A DNA stretch of 64,000 nt. It comes from an uncultured Bdellovibrio sp. Its GTDB lineage: Bacteria; Bdellovibrionota; Bdellovibrionia; Bdellovibrionales; Bdellovibrionaceae. Positions within the stretch are counted from its first letter, which is position 1. The number at the start of each line of letters is the position of its first letter. A model generated the notes under the pieces. It worked only from the letters and a program-made list of their open reading frames with translations. It had not been told where the DNA came from and made no database searches. The stretch is taken from contig CAWVRN010000012.1 in assembly GCA_963932905.1 (NCBI GenBank), forward strand, positions 1 to 64,000, given 5' to 3'. Of this stretch, positions 20,556 to 29,300 are shown one piece after another. The position numbers were made by a program, and so were the translations under genes.

Positions 20556-20759
20556 ATGGCCAATCAAAGCGCTAAAAACAACAAAGCGCAACATGACCAT
20601 TTGCCAAAAATTATTTTGATTCCTTCTCAAAACAGTAAAATTGACGGTCATAAAAAGTCGGAAGAAATCCTATACTACCTCACGCAGATAATTCTTCTTT
20701 CAGACAAAAAAGGCAGACCATCAAAAAATCAATTTCCAGAGGTGCAAGATGCCATTTAA
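20556..20759 (+). CDS. Small protein overlapping the recombinase start (directionality-factor candidate)
   Basis: ATG 20556 with SD ggag; 67 aa; KKGRP motif. Confidence 0.55.
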   Translation: MANQSAKNNKAQHDHLPKIILIPSQNSKIDGHKKSEEILYYLTQIILLSDKKGRPSKNQFPEVQDAI

Positions 20760-22554
20760 AATAGGTGCCTATGTGCGAGTCAGCACAGAAGAACAAGCCA
20801 ACATTGCCGACGGATCAATTGATTCTCAACAGCACAGATTAAAAGCCTATCTTGATCTTAAAAACCACCAAGAAAAAAATTGGGGAAGGATAGTCGATTT
20901 CTATATCGATGACGGCTATTCAGCAAAAGATACAAAACGTCCCGCGTATCAAAAAATGACCCGAGATTTGAGGACTGGAAAAATCAATTTGATTCTTGTG
21001 ACAGATTTATCACGCCTATCAAGAAATATTGCGGACTTCTGTCGGCTACAAGACGAACTCGCTTCATTCAAAGCTAAGTTTCACTCAATAAAAGAGCAAT
21101 TTGATTCAACCTCTCCGTCTGGTGAGATGATGCTTTTCAACCTGATAAATCTAGCCCAATTCGAGCGGAAACAAACATCAGAAAGAGTATCACTTAATTT
21201 TCACTCAAGAGCATTAAGAGGACTATCTAACGGTGGCTGCAATATCCTTGGTTACGATCGCGACCCAGAAAATTCAGGTAAATTTATTGTCAATGAATCA
21301 GAAGCGATAGTTGTTCGTAGAGCATTTGAATTGTATCTAGATTCAAGGAGTCTTGCCGAAACTGCAAGACGACTTCAGGATGAAGGACATCACCCAAAAG
21401 TTCATTCTTTAAAGCGAGCACGGTTGGCGAGGGACGGAAAGTGGACTTTATACTCTGTTCGCACAGTGCTTAAGAATATGGCCTACATTGGCATTCGTGA
21501 GATCAACAAAGACAATAAAAATGTCGATCAAAATGACCTTAAGCCTTGGCAAAGATACGAAATGGTTAAAGCAGCATGGCCAGCCATTGTTTCCAAAGTA
21601 GTTTTCGATGACGCCCAAAAGTCTTTAGATGATGGACTTCGCCTTGAGAAGCAAAGACTAAGCACCGCTGAGACAAGATTTTTCTTACTGTCAGGAATTA
21701 TTCGCTGCGGGGAATGTGGCAAAGCCTTAGTTGGACAAAGTGCACACGGAAAAAGCCAAGTCCATCGTTACTATGGTCATTCTAAAATAGACAAAGGTAA
21801 CAGTAAGCCATGTGCAATTAAGAATCTTAGAGCTGATGCTGTTGAAACAGCACTCTTAAATTATCTGGATGAAATCATAGTCAAATCTGGTCACCTAAAC
21901 CGAATCGAAAAGAATATGAAATCCCACCTGATGACCACTAGTGAAGATTTACGACTAGAAAAGGAAATCAAGGAAAAGGCTTTGCATGATTTAGAAAACG
22001 AAATTGATTCCGTCTTGAAAATTCAATTTTCAATGGAGTCTAAGACTCAGGTTACAAACCTTTTGGCAGAGAAGCTGGAAACCATGGCCGAACAAAGAAA
22101 ACTTTTAAAACTATCTTTGCTCAACATTAAGAACCGACTTGATAGCTCCAACGATGCTAGAGCCTCGAGACTAAACCTTGAAGAAAATCTAGAGAAGTTT
22201 AGGAACGGTTGGAAGAAATCCAACCCAACCGTTCAAAAACGGTTTTTAAGACGTATGATTGATTGTCTCGTTTATACATCTGAAGGGATAAAGACTTTTT
22301 ACCATTTGGATGTTTCTTCGAACTCAGAAAGCCAAAAGAACCAGAAAAAATCGCCAGAATATTTGAACCCGCCGTCCGGATCATTTACGGGGGTAAACCA
22401 ATCGCTTCGGCGATTGGTGGTATCCTCGAACCAGTTGATTAAAAGTTCGTCTGATTTTAAGGATGGTGCGCCCGGAGAGATTCGAACTCCCGACCAATCG
22501 GTTCGAAGCCGATTACTCTATCCAGCTGAGCTACGGACGCGTACAAGCCGATGA
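20749..22554 (+). CDS. Large serine recombinase (resolvase + recombinase + Zn-ribbon + coiled coil)
   Basis: YVRVSTEEQ (catalytic Ser); DDGYSAKDTKRP; DLSRLSR; AQFER; LLSGIIRCGECG. Confidence 0.95.
   Translation: MPFKIGAYVRVSTEEQANIADGSIDSQQHRLKAYLDLKNHQEKNWGRIVDFYIDDGYSAKDTKRPAYQKMTRDLRTGKINLILVTDLSRLSRNIADFCRLQDELASFKAKFHSIKEQFDSTSPSGEMMLFNLINLAQFERKQTSERVSLNFHSRALRGLSNGGCNILGYDRDPENSGKFIVNESEAIVVRRAFELYLDSRSLAETARRLQDEGHHPKVHSLKRARLARDGKWTLYSVRTVLKNMAYIGIREINKDNKNVDQNDLKPWQRYEMVKAAWPAIVSKVVFDDAQKSLDDGLRLEKQRLSTAETRFFLLSGIIRCGECGKALVGQSAHGKSQVHRYYGHSKIDKGNSKPCAIKNLRADAVETALLNYLDEIIVKSGHLNRIEKNMKSHLMTTSEDLRLEKEIKEKALHDLENEIDSVLKIQFSMESKTQVTNLLAEKLETMAEQRKLLKLSLLNIKNRLDSSNDARASRLNLEENLEKFRNGWKKSNPTVQKRFLRRMIDCLVYTSEGIKTFYHLDVSSNSESQKNQKKSPEYLNPPSGSFTGVNQSLRRLVVSSNQLIKSSSDFKDGAPGEIRTPDQSVRSRLLYPAELRTRTSR
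22464..22540 (-). tRNA. tRNA-Arg (anticodon TCG)
   Basis: GCGTCCGTAGCTCAGCTGGATAGAGTAATCGGCTTCGAACCGATTGGTCGGGAGTTCGAATCTCTCCGGGCGCACCA: 77-nt cloverleaf with encoded CCA. Confidence 0.98.
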
Positions 22555-22560
22555 AGGGTC

Positions 22561-22589
22561 AATATACTTCCTTAAAATTCGGGTGTAAA
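22561..22589 (-). promoter_or_regulatory. sigma70-type promoter of tRNA-Arg
   Basis: TTTACA-N17-TATATT on the minus strand, 20 nt upstream of the tRNA. Confidence 0.65.
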
Positions 22590-22720
22590 CCCTAAAAACC
22601 TCTTCCAGTTAAAAATATTGTAAAGGAAATGTTGCGCAAAAATTGGGATACTTGGTGGGTGTTCTACCATAGCGGGCGCAAAGAGGGGGCTAATGGACGT
22701 TGTTCCTGACCAAGCAGTTT

Positions 22721-22987
22721 TTACGCCAAAGGTCGTCGCTTTCTCATCCAATTTGTAAAAAAGATTTTAATTACATTTACATGAGTTTTGCGATGGCTCC
22801 GCTTTTTACGAAAAGACAAAGCCGCCACAGATAACTGATCTGGGTTCATATTGATAAGTCCCAGCTTTTCATCTTGAGTTAGGTCTAAGTCGGCCAATGC
22901 CGCTTGCGCATCAATTTGAAAAAGATCTAGATACGTTTTATCTGTAAGCAATCGGGCGATCGTGTTTTCAAATACGGAATAACTCAT
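22721..22987 (-). CDS. Small helical MNIO-partner protein (NHLP/LigA-like helical pattern)
   Basis: ARLLTDKTYLDLFQIDAQAALADLDLTQDE; overlaps the MNIO stop; SD aagga before ATG 22987. Confidence 0.7.
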   Translation of the reverse strand: MSYSVFENTIARLLTDKTYLDLFQIDAQAALADLDLTQDEKLGLINMNPDQLSVAALSFRKKRSHRKTHVNVIKIFFTNWMRKRRPLA

Positions 22988-23837
22988 TTGAAGTATCCTT
23001 TTCATTGATCAGTTGGTGAATACGCAGCAGTTGTTGTTTCAAAACCGAGCTTGCCGGATAGTTGCCATCGCGTTCTATAATAATAGAAACCGGTTGAGAC
23101 AGTTTTGATAGCGCGTATTTAAGCATTTGAAAACCAATCTCGGGGATGTCTTGTTTGTGATCGTCGAGCATATGGCGAGTGTGTGCGGATTGAATCCATT
23201 TTCCGCCGCTCATGTGAATCTGTTTTACGCGATTAAATGGATAGCGAGCGAGTTCGTGCATGGGGTCCATTTTGAAATTCATGGCGTTGCAGTAAATGTT
23301 GTTAATATCTAATAGCATCTCTTGCTGAGTGGTCGATAGGATATGTTTCATCCAATCTATTTCCGAATAGGTGCTTAATGGTGGGTGCAACAAAGTCGAT
23401 ATGTTTTCAAGAGCAGGCAGGTGACCCAATTCGTTTTTGATATGCCTTAGATTTTTTAATGTTATCGAAATAGTTTCATCGTTCCAAGGCGGCGCCGCTA
23501 AGTGCCCCAATTCGATTCCGCCAGAGCGAACAAAGCTAAAATGATCCGACCAGGATTCGATAGAAAACATATTGAAAAACTTTTTATATTTTTTTAATTC
23601 GTTTTTTGGCAGTGGTTCGCTGCCGCAAATACCAAGACCAACGCTATGAAAATGTAAATTGTAAAGGGTGTTTAAGAACCTTAGAGTTCTTATATCTTTC
23701 GCGGATAAATTATAAAAGTTTTCGACTAGGATTTCTATGTCGTCTATCAAATCTGAATTTTCTAAAATAAAGGCAGCGATTTGCGGTCGCCATCCAATAC
23801 CAACTGTATGTTTAGGCTTAGCTGCCGCAACCACCAC
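22968..23837 (-). CDS. DUF692-family multinuclear non-heme iron oxidative enzyme (MNIO)
   Basis: GIGWR; EILVEN; HSVGL; WSDH; ALEN; LLDINN; QIHMSGG; DDH; IERD. Likely GTG start at 23837 or 23834. Confidence 0.92.
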   Translation of the reverse strand: MVVAAAKPKHTVGIGWRPQIAAFILENSDLIDDIEILVENFYNLSAKDIRTLRFLNTLYNLHFHSVGLGICGSEPLPKNELKKYKKFFNMFSIESWSDHFSFVRSGGIELGHLAAPPWNDETISITLKNLRHIKNELGHLPALENISTLLHPPLSTYSEIDWMKHILSTTQQEMLLDINNIYCNAMNFKMDPMHELARYPFNRVKQIHMSGGKWIQSAHTRHMLDDHKQDIPEIGFQMLKYALSKLSQPVSIIIERDGNYPASSVLKQQLLRIHQLINEKDTSNELFRI

Positions 23838-24699
23838 AGCCCCCTCCGCATCCGCCTCCACAGCCACTACTGCTACAGGAACTGCCGCACGATGACCCGC
23901 ATGACGAGTTCGCGCTGCCAGATTTCAAAGATCTTGCAAATAAGTCTTTAGCATATCCATACGTTTCAACAGGTAAAATCGAAATTCCATGGACAGCTAC
24001 AATCAGTGCCAATTCGTTGGATTCACCTTTGGTTAAATTGCGAAGTCTATACGTAGCATCCTTTAGCAATAATTGCATATTGTCCAGGAACGCAGATCCT
24101 GCGCTTGTGATTTTTTTTGGTGTTAAAAAGTTCATGAAAGCGACCATGATCACTGAAAATATAACAAGAAAACCGACGTTGGTTTTACCACGGTTTAATG
24201 CAATTAAAATTTTTGTTATTGGGATAAAAAGCAAAACACCGTAGCCAACAAATAAAAGCGTATTCTTGGTGGATTTGGCTTTGCCTGCATAGAAATAGTC
24301 CTTGGCCTCTAACACGTCTATATAGGGACGTGTGCAGGCGTACACTTGACTGTCTTCAATAATATCTTCGATCCGTTTTGGTTCTTGAGTGCTGCGTATG
24401 ATTTCTACTTCGAGCGGCTTTTTAACAAAATCCTTGGCATTTTCTGTGGATTTTAAATACTCACCATCACTGACAATCAAAAGGCCGCGCTCGATGAGCG
24501 AAATGATGGCAACCCGAATGACTTCGGGTTCTTCACCTCGAAGGCAAGCAATTGTATAAGGGTCTTTTAACATTTCATGCCCAGATATTTTTGATGGACT
24601 GACGGCGCGCAAAAGAATGCGGACTGTGATTATCCAGCACAAGCCAAAGAAACCATAAAACACTAAAAATTCAGGACCTTTCCAATCAAACGGGTTCAT
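23818..24699 (-). CDS. TIGR04222-like integral membrane protein with Cys/Gly/Ser-rich C-terminal tail
   Basis: MNPFDWKGPEFLVFY; DPY.IA.LRG; RGK.NVGFL; ends SSCGSSCGSSCSSSGCGGGCGGGCGGCGS. Confidence 0.88.
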   Translation of the reverse strand: MNPFDWKGPEFLVFYGFFGLCWIITVRILLRAVSPSKISGHEMLKDPYTIACLRGEEPEVIRVAIISLIERGLLIVSDGEYLKSTENAKDFVKKPLEVEIIRSTQEPKRIEDIIEDSQVYACTRPYIDVLEAKDYFYAGKAKSTKNTLLFVGYGVLLFIPITKILIALNRGKTNVGFLVIFSVIMVAFMNFLTPKKITSAGSAFLDNMQLLLKDATYRLRNLTKGESNELALIVAVHGISILPVETYGYAKDLFARSLKSGSANSSCGSSCGSSCSSSGCGGGCGGGCGGCGS

Positions 24700-24700
24700 T

Positions 24701-25405
24701 TTAAGTTCCTAGTACGTTTTGCATTTTTTTTAATATCTCTAAGTAAGCTTGATACGTAGGTTCGATCTGATTCTTAGATAACGTCGATGACTCTCGGATA
24801 GTAGAAATTGTTTCGCTTAATTGTTCAGCGCGGTCGGGAAAATATTTCTTCAAAAAGATGTTTAACGCCTCTTTTGGGTTTTTGGCAGATTCGCCTTGAA
24901 GGCTAACAAGTGAAAACGCATTTGTGCGTAGAGGGCCAGAAAATTCGTTCATAATATGTACAAGTTGTTCTTCGCGAAGACTTACGAAGGTATATCGTTC
25001 ACGCAGTCGCATCGTTAAATTCATTAGAGATTGCTTCAACTGGAATTTTAAATTCGCTGGATCGATTTTTATTTCAGGAATTATGTTGGCCCCGGCAACG
25101 ATCTGGTTACGTTTAGAAATATCGTAAAACTTTAATGGAAACGTTTGGCAGACTTGATCCAGCTCACTGCGCTCAATAAACAGACAAGATAAATGAATTA
25201 AATTGTGGTGATCGCGATATTCTGATTTGATTTTATCCAGAGTCGCCAGTGAACTTGAGTTCAGTACAACCAATAAATTTATATCTGAATTAGCACGAAT
25301 TCTATTTTCAGCAGCCGAGCCAAATAGAACGGCCGAATACAATTCGGTGCTAAGTTTGTTTTTTAAAAAATCGATAAACGAATTAAGCAGTTCTGTTTTT
25401 TCCAT
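24701..25405 (-). CDS. Pol-beta-type nucleotidyltransferase domain protein
   Basis: VLFGSAA...SDINLLVV motif and a helical C-terminal half. Confidence 0.8.
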   Translation of the reverse strand: MEKTELLNSFIDFLKNKLSTELYSAVLFGSAAENRIRANSDINLLVVLNSSSLATLDKIKSEYRDHHNLIHLSCLFIERSELDQVCQTFPLKFYDISKRNQIVAGANIIPEIKIDPANLKFQLKQSLMNLTMRLRERYTFVSLREEQLVHIMNEFSGPLRTNAFSLVSLQGESAKNPKEALNIFLKKYFPDRAEQLSETISTIRESSTLSKNQIEPTYQAYLEILKKMQNVLGT

Positions 25406-25420
25406 GCTTGTATACTAATA

Positions 25421-25452
25421 ATGAAACTAGTTTCTGCCCAACTAGTTTTCAT
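25421..25452. promoter_or_regulatory. Tandem AACTAGTT palindromes upstream of the MNIO operon
   Basis: gaaactagtttc (25423-25434, perfect 12-bp palindrome) and aactagtt (25440-25447). Confidence 0.45.
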
Positions 25453-25478
25453 GGAACAGGCTCAAGGGCCAGAATTGC

Positions 25479-26051
25479 TTATTTTAACCAAACACTGCGA
25501 AAATTATCTCGATCCACGGGCCAACTTTGCCAAGCCATTTTGATATCTAAAGCCAAGACGAAGTTTCCTAATATAGTGTCTAAATCCTCTAGATCCCAGA
25601 AATCTTTTTGATGTTTAGAATTCTTATTAGTTTTTGCTAATTGGGAAACGAGCGACAATACCATGCCGGTCATCGGAGGAATCAAAAAACCTAAAGTGGA
25701 AAGGACACCTTGCATACGTGATAGAATTCCTTTGCCGCCCACCGAGTGCATCAAAACAAAAACGGCGCAAGGTTTACCTATAAATACATCGGTGCCTTCA
25801 TAATCCGTTAAATCTTCAAACATGGCCTGCAGAGGGCTGCCCCATGAATCCCAATACGTTCCCGTCACAAATACGACTCCGTTTGACTTTTTTAAATCAT
25901 TCACAAGGCTTTTATTCGTTTTAAGCTTGGCAAGATGAACGATGCGGACATGGGCGGTACCTTTTAATAACTTTTCAAGTTTTGTAATCAATTTTGCACA
26001 GTTACCAGAATTACCGTTGGGGCTACCATTAAGAATCAAAATTTGCTTCAT
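25479..26051 (-). CDS. Flavodoxin-fold NAD(P)H-dependent FMN reductase-like protein
   Basis: ILILNGSP..NSGNC; VFVTGTYWDSWGSPL. Confidence 0.8.
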   Translation of the reverse strand: MKQILILNGSPNGNSGNCAKLITKLEKLLKGTAHVRIVHLAKLKTNKSLVNDLKKSNGVVFVTGTYWDSWGSPLQAMFEDLTDYEGTDVFIGKPCAVFVLMHSVGGKGILSRMQGVLSTLGFLIPPMTGMVLSLVSQLAKTNKNSKHQKDFWDLEDLDTILGNFVLALDIKMAWQSWPVDRDNFRSVWLK

Positions 26052-26146
26052 TTTTTTAAACCTCGCGTGTTTATAATAAATGTGAATTTTCAGGCGGGCT
26101 AGCAGTTTCGCCTGACTTTAAGTTTTTTAGGTGGTTCAATATTTAA

Positions 26147-26653
26147 ATGAAGATTTTAAGTCTATGCGGCAGTCTAAGATCCAATTCAACCAACGGTCAT
26201 TTGCTTGCGGCGGCAAAGACTGTTCGCACGCAAGATACTTGGATGGATTTTAAAATCAGCGACTTGCCTTATTTTGATCCCGACAATCAGTATTCAGAAC
26301 AAACTCCTAAAATAGTTTTGGAGTTGCGTAAACAAGGTGCCACTGCCGAAGCTATTTTTATAGCCACACCCGAATATGCTCACGGAGTACCTGGAATTTT
26401 AAAAAATGCACTGGAATGGTTGTTTCACGAAGGAACAATGAATAAACCAGTCTTTGTTGTCATCGGGACAGCGCAAGGCGAGCATACCCGGGATCAACTT
26501 GTCGAAATCATGAAGACTATGGATTTTAAAATCGAGTTGAATCAGGTTCTGGTGATTAAGGGAGCGCGATCAAAAATTAGCTCAGCGGGAATATTTACCG
26601 ACGAAAAAGTTAAAAAGTCATTTCAGGAATTTTGTCAGAGAATAGGAAATTAA
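26147..26653 (+). CDS. NADPH-dependent FMN reductase
   Basis: GSLRSNSTN; TPEYAHGVPGILKNALEW. Confidence 0.9.
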   Translation: MKILSLCGSLRSNSTNGHLLAAAKTVRTQDTWMDFKISDLPYFDPDNQYSEQTPKIVLELRKQGATAEAIFIATPEYAHGVPGILKNALEWLFHEGTMNKPVFVVIGTAQGEHTRDQLVEIMKTMDFKIELNQVLVIKGARSKISSAGIFTDEKVKKSFQEFCQRIGN

Positions 26654-26654
26654 T

Positions 26655-27668
26655 ATGAATGGTCGAACTATTTTAGCAGTCTCATCAGTTTTAATTTTGT
26701 CTACTCAGCCCAGCTGTGCTGGATTTTTCAAAGATCGAATCAAGCAGCGTATTGTGAGTAAACTAGAAGCTGAACCGGCACCAGAAGCGAGTGCTGATGT
26801 AGCGGCCAAGATCGAAAAATCTGGGGATTATACGTTTACGTTTTCGCATGGAAATATAGATCGCTATTACCGTGTTCATGTCCCCAAATCGTATGATTCA
26901 AAAATTCCAGTACCATTGATTATTTCCATGCACGGTGGCGGTGGGGATATGATGATTCAATCCTCTGACGAGTATTACAAATTAAATCTGAAATCGGACG
27001 CAAGCGGATTTGTCGTCGTATATCCCAATGGTTACAGCAAATTTAAATCGGGCAAGTTAAGCACGTGGAACGCCGGGAACTGCTGTGCTTGGGCCCGCGA
27101 TGAAAAGATTGATGATGTCGGGTTTATCAAGGAAGTTTTGAAAAAAGTCTCGGGACAGTTGAATATTGATAGTGCCCGGGTATTTGCTATAGGAATGTCT
27201 AATGGCGGGATGATGGCGTATCGTTTAGCCTGTGAAGCGGGCTCATTGTTTAAAGGTATTGCTGCCGTTGCTGGTACCGACAATACGAACGGTTGTGCAT
27301 CGCCTACGCCCATTTCAGTTTTACATATTCACGCTAAGAATGATGACCATGTGTTGTTTAACGGAGGTGCAGGAAAAACATTCCGCGATGAATCCAAAGT
27401 TACCAATTTTACCTCGGTCCCGAATACCATTCAGAAATGGACTGCTATTGACAAATGTGAAGGTGCACCTGTCAGAATAGTCGATAAAAAAGGTGCGTAT
27501 TGCGAACTCTATTCAAAATGCCAAAGCACCAAGCATGTTCAACTGTGCGTAACCGAAGATGGTGCGCATTCTTGGCCGGGAGGCAAGAAGGTCCGCGGCG
27601 GGGAAGCTGGTTCTAAAGCGTTATATGCAAACGACGTTATTTGGGACTTTTTTCAAACTCTTCAGTAG
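26655..27668 (+). CDS. Secreted PHB-depolymerase/LpqC-type esterase
   Basis: HGGGG; WNAGNCC; GMSNGG; HSWPGG. Confidence 0.9.
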   Translation: MNGRTILAVSSVLILSTQPSCAGFFKDRIKQRIVSKLEAEPAPEASADVAAKIEKSGDYTFTFSHGNIDRYYRVHVPKSYDSKIPVPLIISMHGGGGDMMIQSSDEYYKLNLKSDASGFVVVYPNGYSKFKSGKLSTWNAGNCCAWARDEKIDDVGFIKEVLKKVSGQLNIDSARVFAIGMSNGGMMAYRLACEAGSLFKGIAAVAGTDNTNGCASPTPISVLHIHAKNDDHVLFNGGAGKTFRDESKVTNFTSVPNTIQKWTAIDKCEGAPVRIVDKKGAYCELYSKCQSTKHVQLCVTEDGAHSWPGGKKVRGGEAGSKALYANDVIWDFFQTLQ

Positions 27669-27723
27669 AAAGTTTTATATTCGCTATTGACGATGGATCG
27701 GCGTCATTTATATACCTTCGTTC

Positions 27724-28494
27724 ATGACTGGGAATGTTTTCTTAACTTCGGCTATCGATGAAAAAATTGGCTTATTAGAAGCTCAAGTTCATCGCACTTT
27801 GCTCGGAGACACTTTTGCTATTCCTAAAACTCCGGATCGTGATATCCAAATTTTAGAACGTGGCCGCCATCCTGGGAAAAAAGGTTTAAGCTATGTAGAA
27901 GGCCAAGCCCGGTTGCTACATGATATGGCTAATATTGAATTGCAAGCGATGGAACTGGCACTTCGAACATTGTGCGAATACCCCGAAGCTGACAAAACAT
28001 TTCGGCAGCAACTAGCCGATTTAACATTGTCTGAAGGCCGCCACTTAAAAATGTGCGTGGATGGGTTGCGTGAACTTGGTTATAAATGGGGACACTGGCC
28101 GATCCATTTGGTTTTGTGGAACGCGGTCGATGCGTCCGACAGTTTAATTGATCGTATTTTTATTGTTCATCGATATTTAGAGGGCAGCGGCCTGGATGCG
28201 GGACAGAGTTTGATTGAACGATTCAAAGCAATTCCTCCGAATAAAGCCGTCGACATTATGAATGTAATTTCAAATGAAGAATTGGATCATGTTCAGTTCG
28301 GCAGCGAATGGTACCGTCATTTTTGTAGAAAATCTAAATTAGATGCTGATCATAAATTTAAAAGCTTGCTAACGGATTTACTGCCCCGATTACCTAAGCG
28401 AATGGAACCTGTGAATGTTGAACTTCGCAAAAAGGCATTGTTCAGTGAAAGTGAAATCAAAGATCTGGTTCATTTACGCGAATCGCAGCTTTAG
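27724..28494 (+). CDS. DUF455 ferritin-like di-iron protein
   Basis: LHDMANIELQA; EGRH; LEGSGLDA; EELDHVQFG. Confidence 0.85.
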   Translation: MTGNVFLTSAIDEKIGLLEAQVHRTLLGDTFAIPKTPDRDIQILERGRHPGKKGLSYVEGQARLLHDMANIELQAMELALRTLCEYPEADKTFRQQLADLTLSEGRHLKMCVDGLRELGYKWGHWPIHLVLWNAVDASDSLIDRIFIVHRYLEGSGLDAGQSLIERFKAIPPNKAVDIMNVISNEELDHVQFGSEWYRHFCRKSKLDADHKFKSLLTDLLPRLPKRMEPVNVELRKKALFSESEIKDLVHLRESQL

Positions 28495-28622
28495 AAATGA
28501 TATCGCACCGATAATCCAGACGAAACATAGAACTGTAACAATGTCTGAAAAAGTTTGAATGATTTTACAATTCAAACATGTTATTCAATGACCGCTACAT
28601 TTCGAGATGGTAAATTTAGGAT

Positions 28623-29213
28623 ATGGAAGCATTTTTAAAATCATTTATTTCATTGTTTGTTGCCATTGATGTGGTCGGAGCATTGCCATTTCTAGTAGGA
28701 TTAACCAAAGCTCTATCGGAGAAAGATAGAAAAAATCTGATCTATCGAGCCACCATTTCGGCGTTGGTGATTGGAATTGTTTTTATCGTGGCGGGACGAA
28801 AAATATTTGAATTCTTGGGAATTACGGAAAGTGATTTCAAAGTCGCGGGCGGTTTGTTGCTGTTGATTTTTGCCATCCGAGATTTACTTGTCACCGCCAG
28901 CCATCAAGGCGCACCGACTCCAACGAAAGTGGGGTTAGTTCCTATTGCTATTCCGTTGATGATGGGGCCCGCGGCTTTAACAACACTTATGGTAGGTTCC
29001 GATCAATTTGGAATGCTGACGATTGTGGCCAGCCTTGTGTTGAATCTTTTGATTGTTTTAGTTTTGTTCTTGCGAGCGAATATTATTTTGCGCTGGTTAG
29101 GTGATGATGCCAGTGATGCGTTTAATAAAGTGTTTTCATTATTGATGGCTGCGATCGGCGTGATGTTCGTACGTTCTGGAATAATAGAAATGCTGGCTAT
29201 CGTTGCTAAGTAA
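28623..29213 (+). CDS. marC: MarC-family membrane protein
   Basis: F.VAGGLLLL; VPIAIPLMMGP; six TMs. Confidence 0.9.
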   Translation: MEAFLKSFISLFVAIDVVGALPFLVGLTKALSEKDRKNLIYRATISALVIGIVFIVAGRKIFEFLGITESDFKVAGGLLLLIFAIRDLLVTASHQGAPTPTKVGLVPIAIPLMMGPAALTTLMVGSDQFGMLTIVASLVLNLLIVLVLFLRANIILRWLGDDASDAFNKVFSLLMAAIGVMFVRSGIIEMLAIVAK

Positions 29214-29300
29214 GGGTTTAAGAATGGGTTGTGATCTGTTTTTATTCCACACGGCAAAGTATGAAATAATGCATTTGTCGGAACTGCAGAGGTTAATAGA

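Larger units (their letters stand above)
1..22463. mobile_element. Integrative conjugative element (T4SS + coupling protein + MOB_C relaxase + large serine recombinase) integrated at tRNA-Arg 3' end; left boundary not visible
   Basis: Contiguous conjugation operon 9732-19613; recombinase 20749-22554 abuts tRNA; defence/accessory cargo on the left; housekeeping-type genes resume after the tRNA. Confidence 0.85.

Noticed and set aside
23838..23867. MNIO start at 23867 as in the ORF track
   Set aside because: No SD there; GGAGG is properly spaced for the GTGs at 23837/23834.
25479..28494. FMN reductases and DUF455 di-iron protein as part of the MNIO system
   Set aside because: Separated by a probable promoter region or divergently transcribed; common stand-alone genes with no evidence of linkage.
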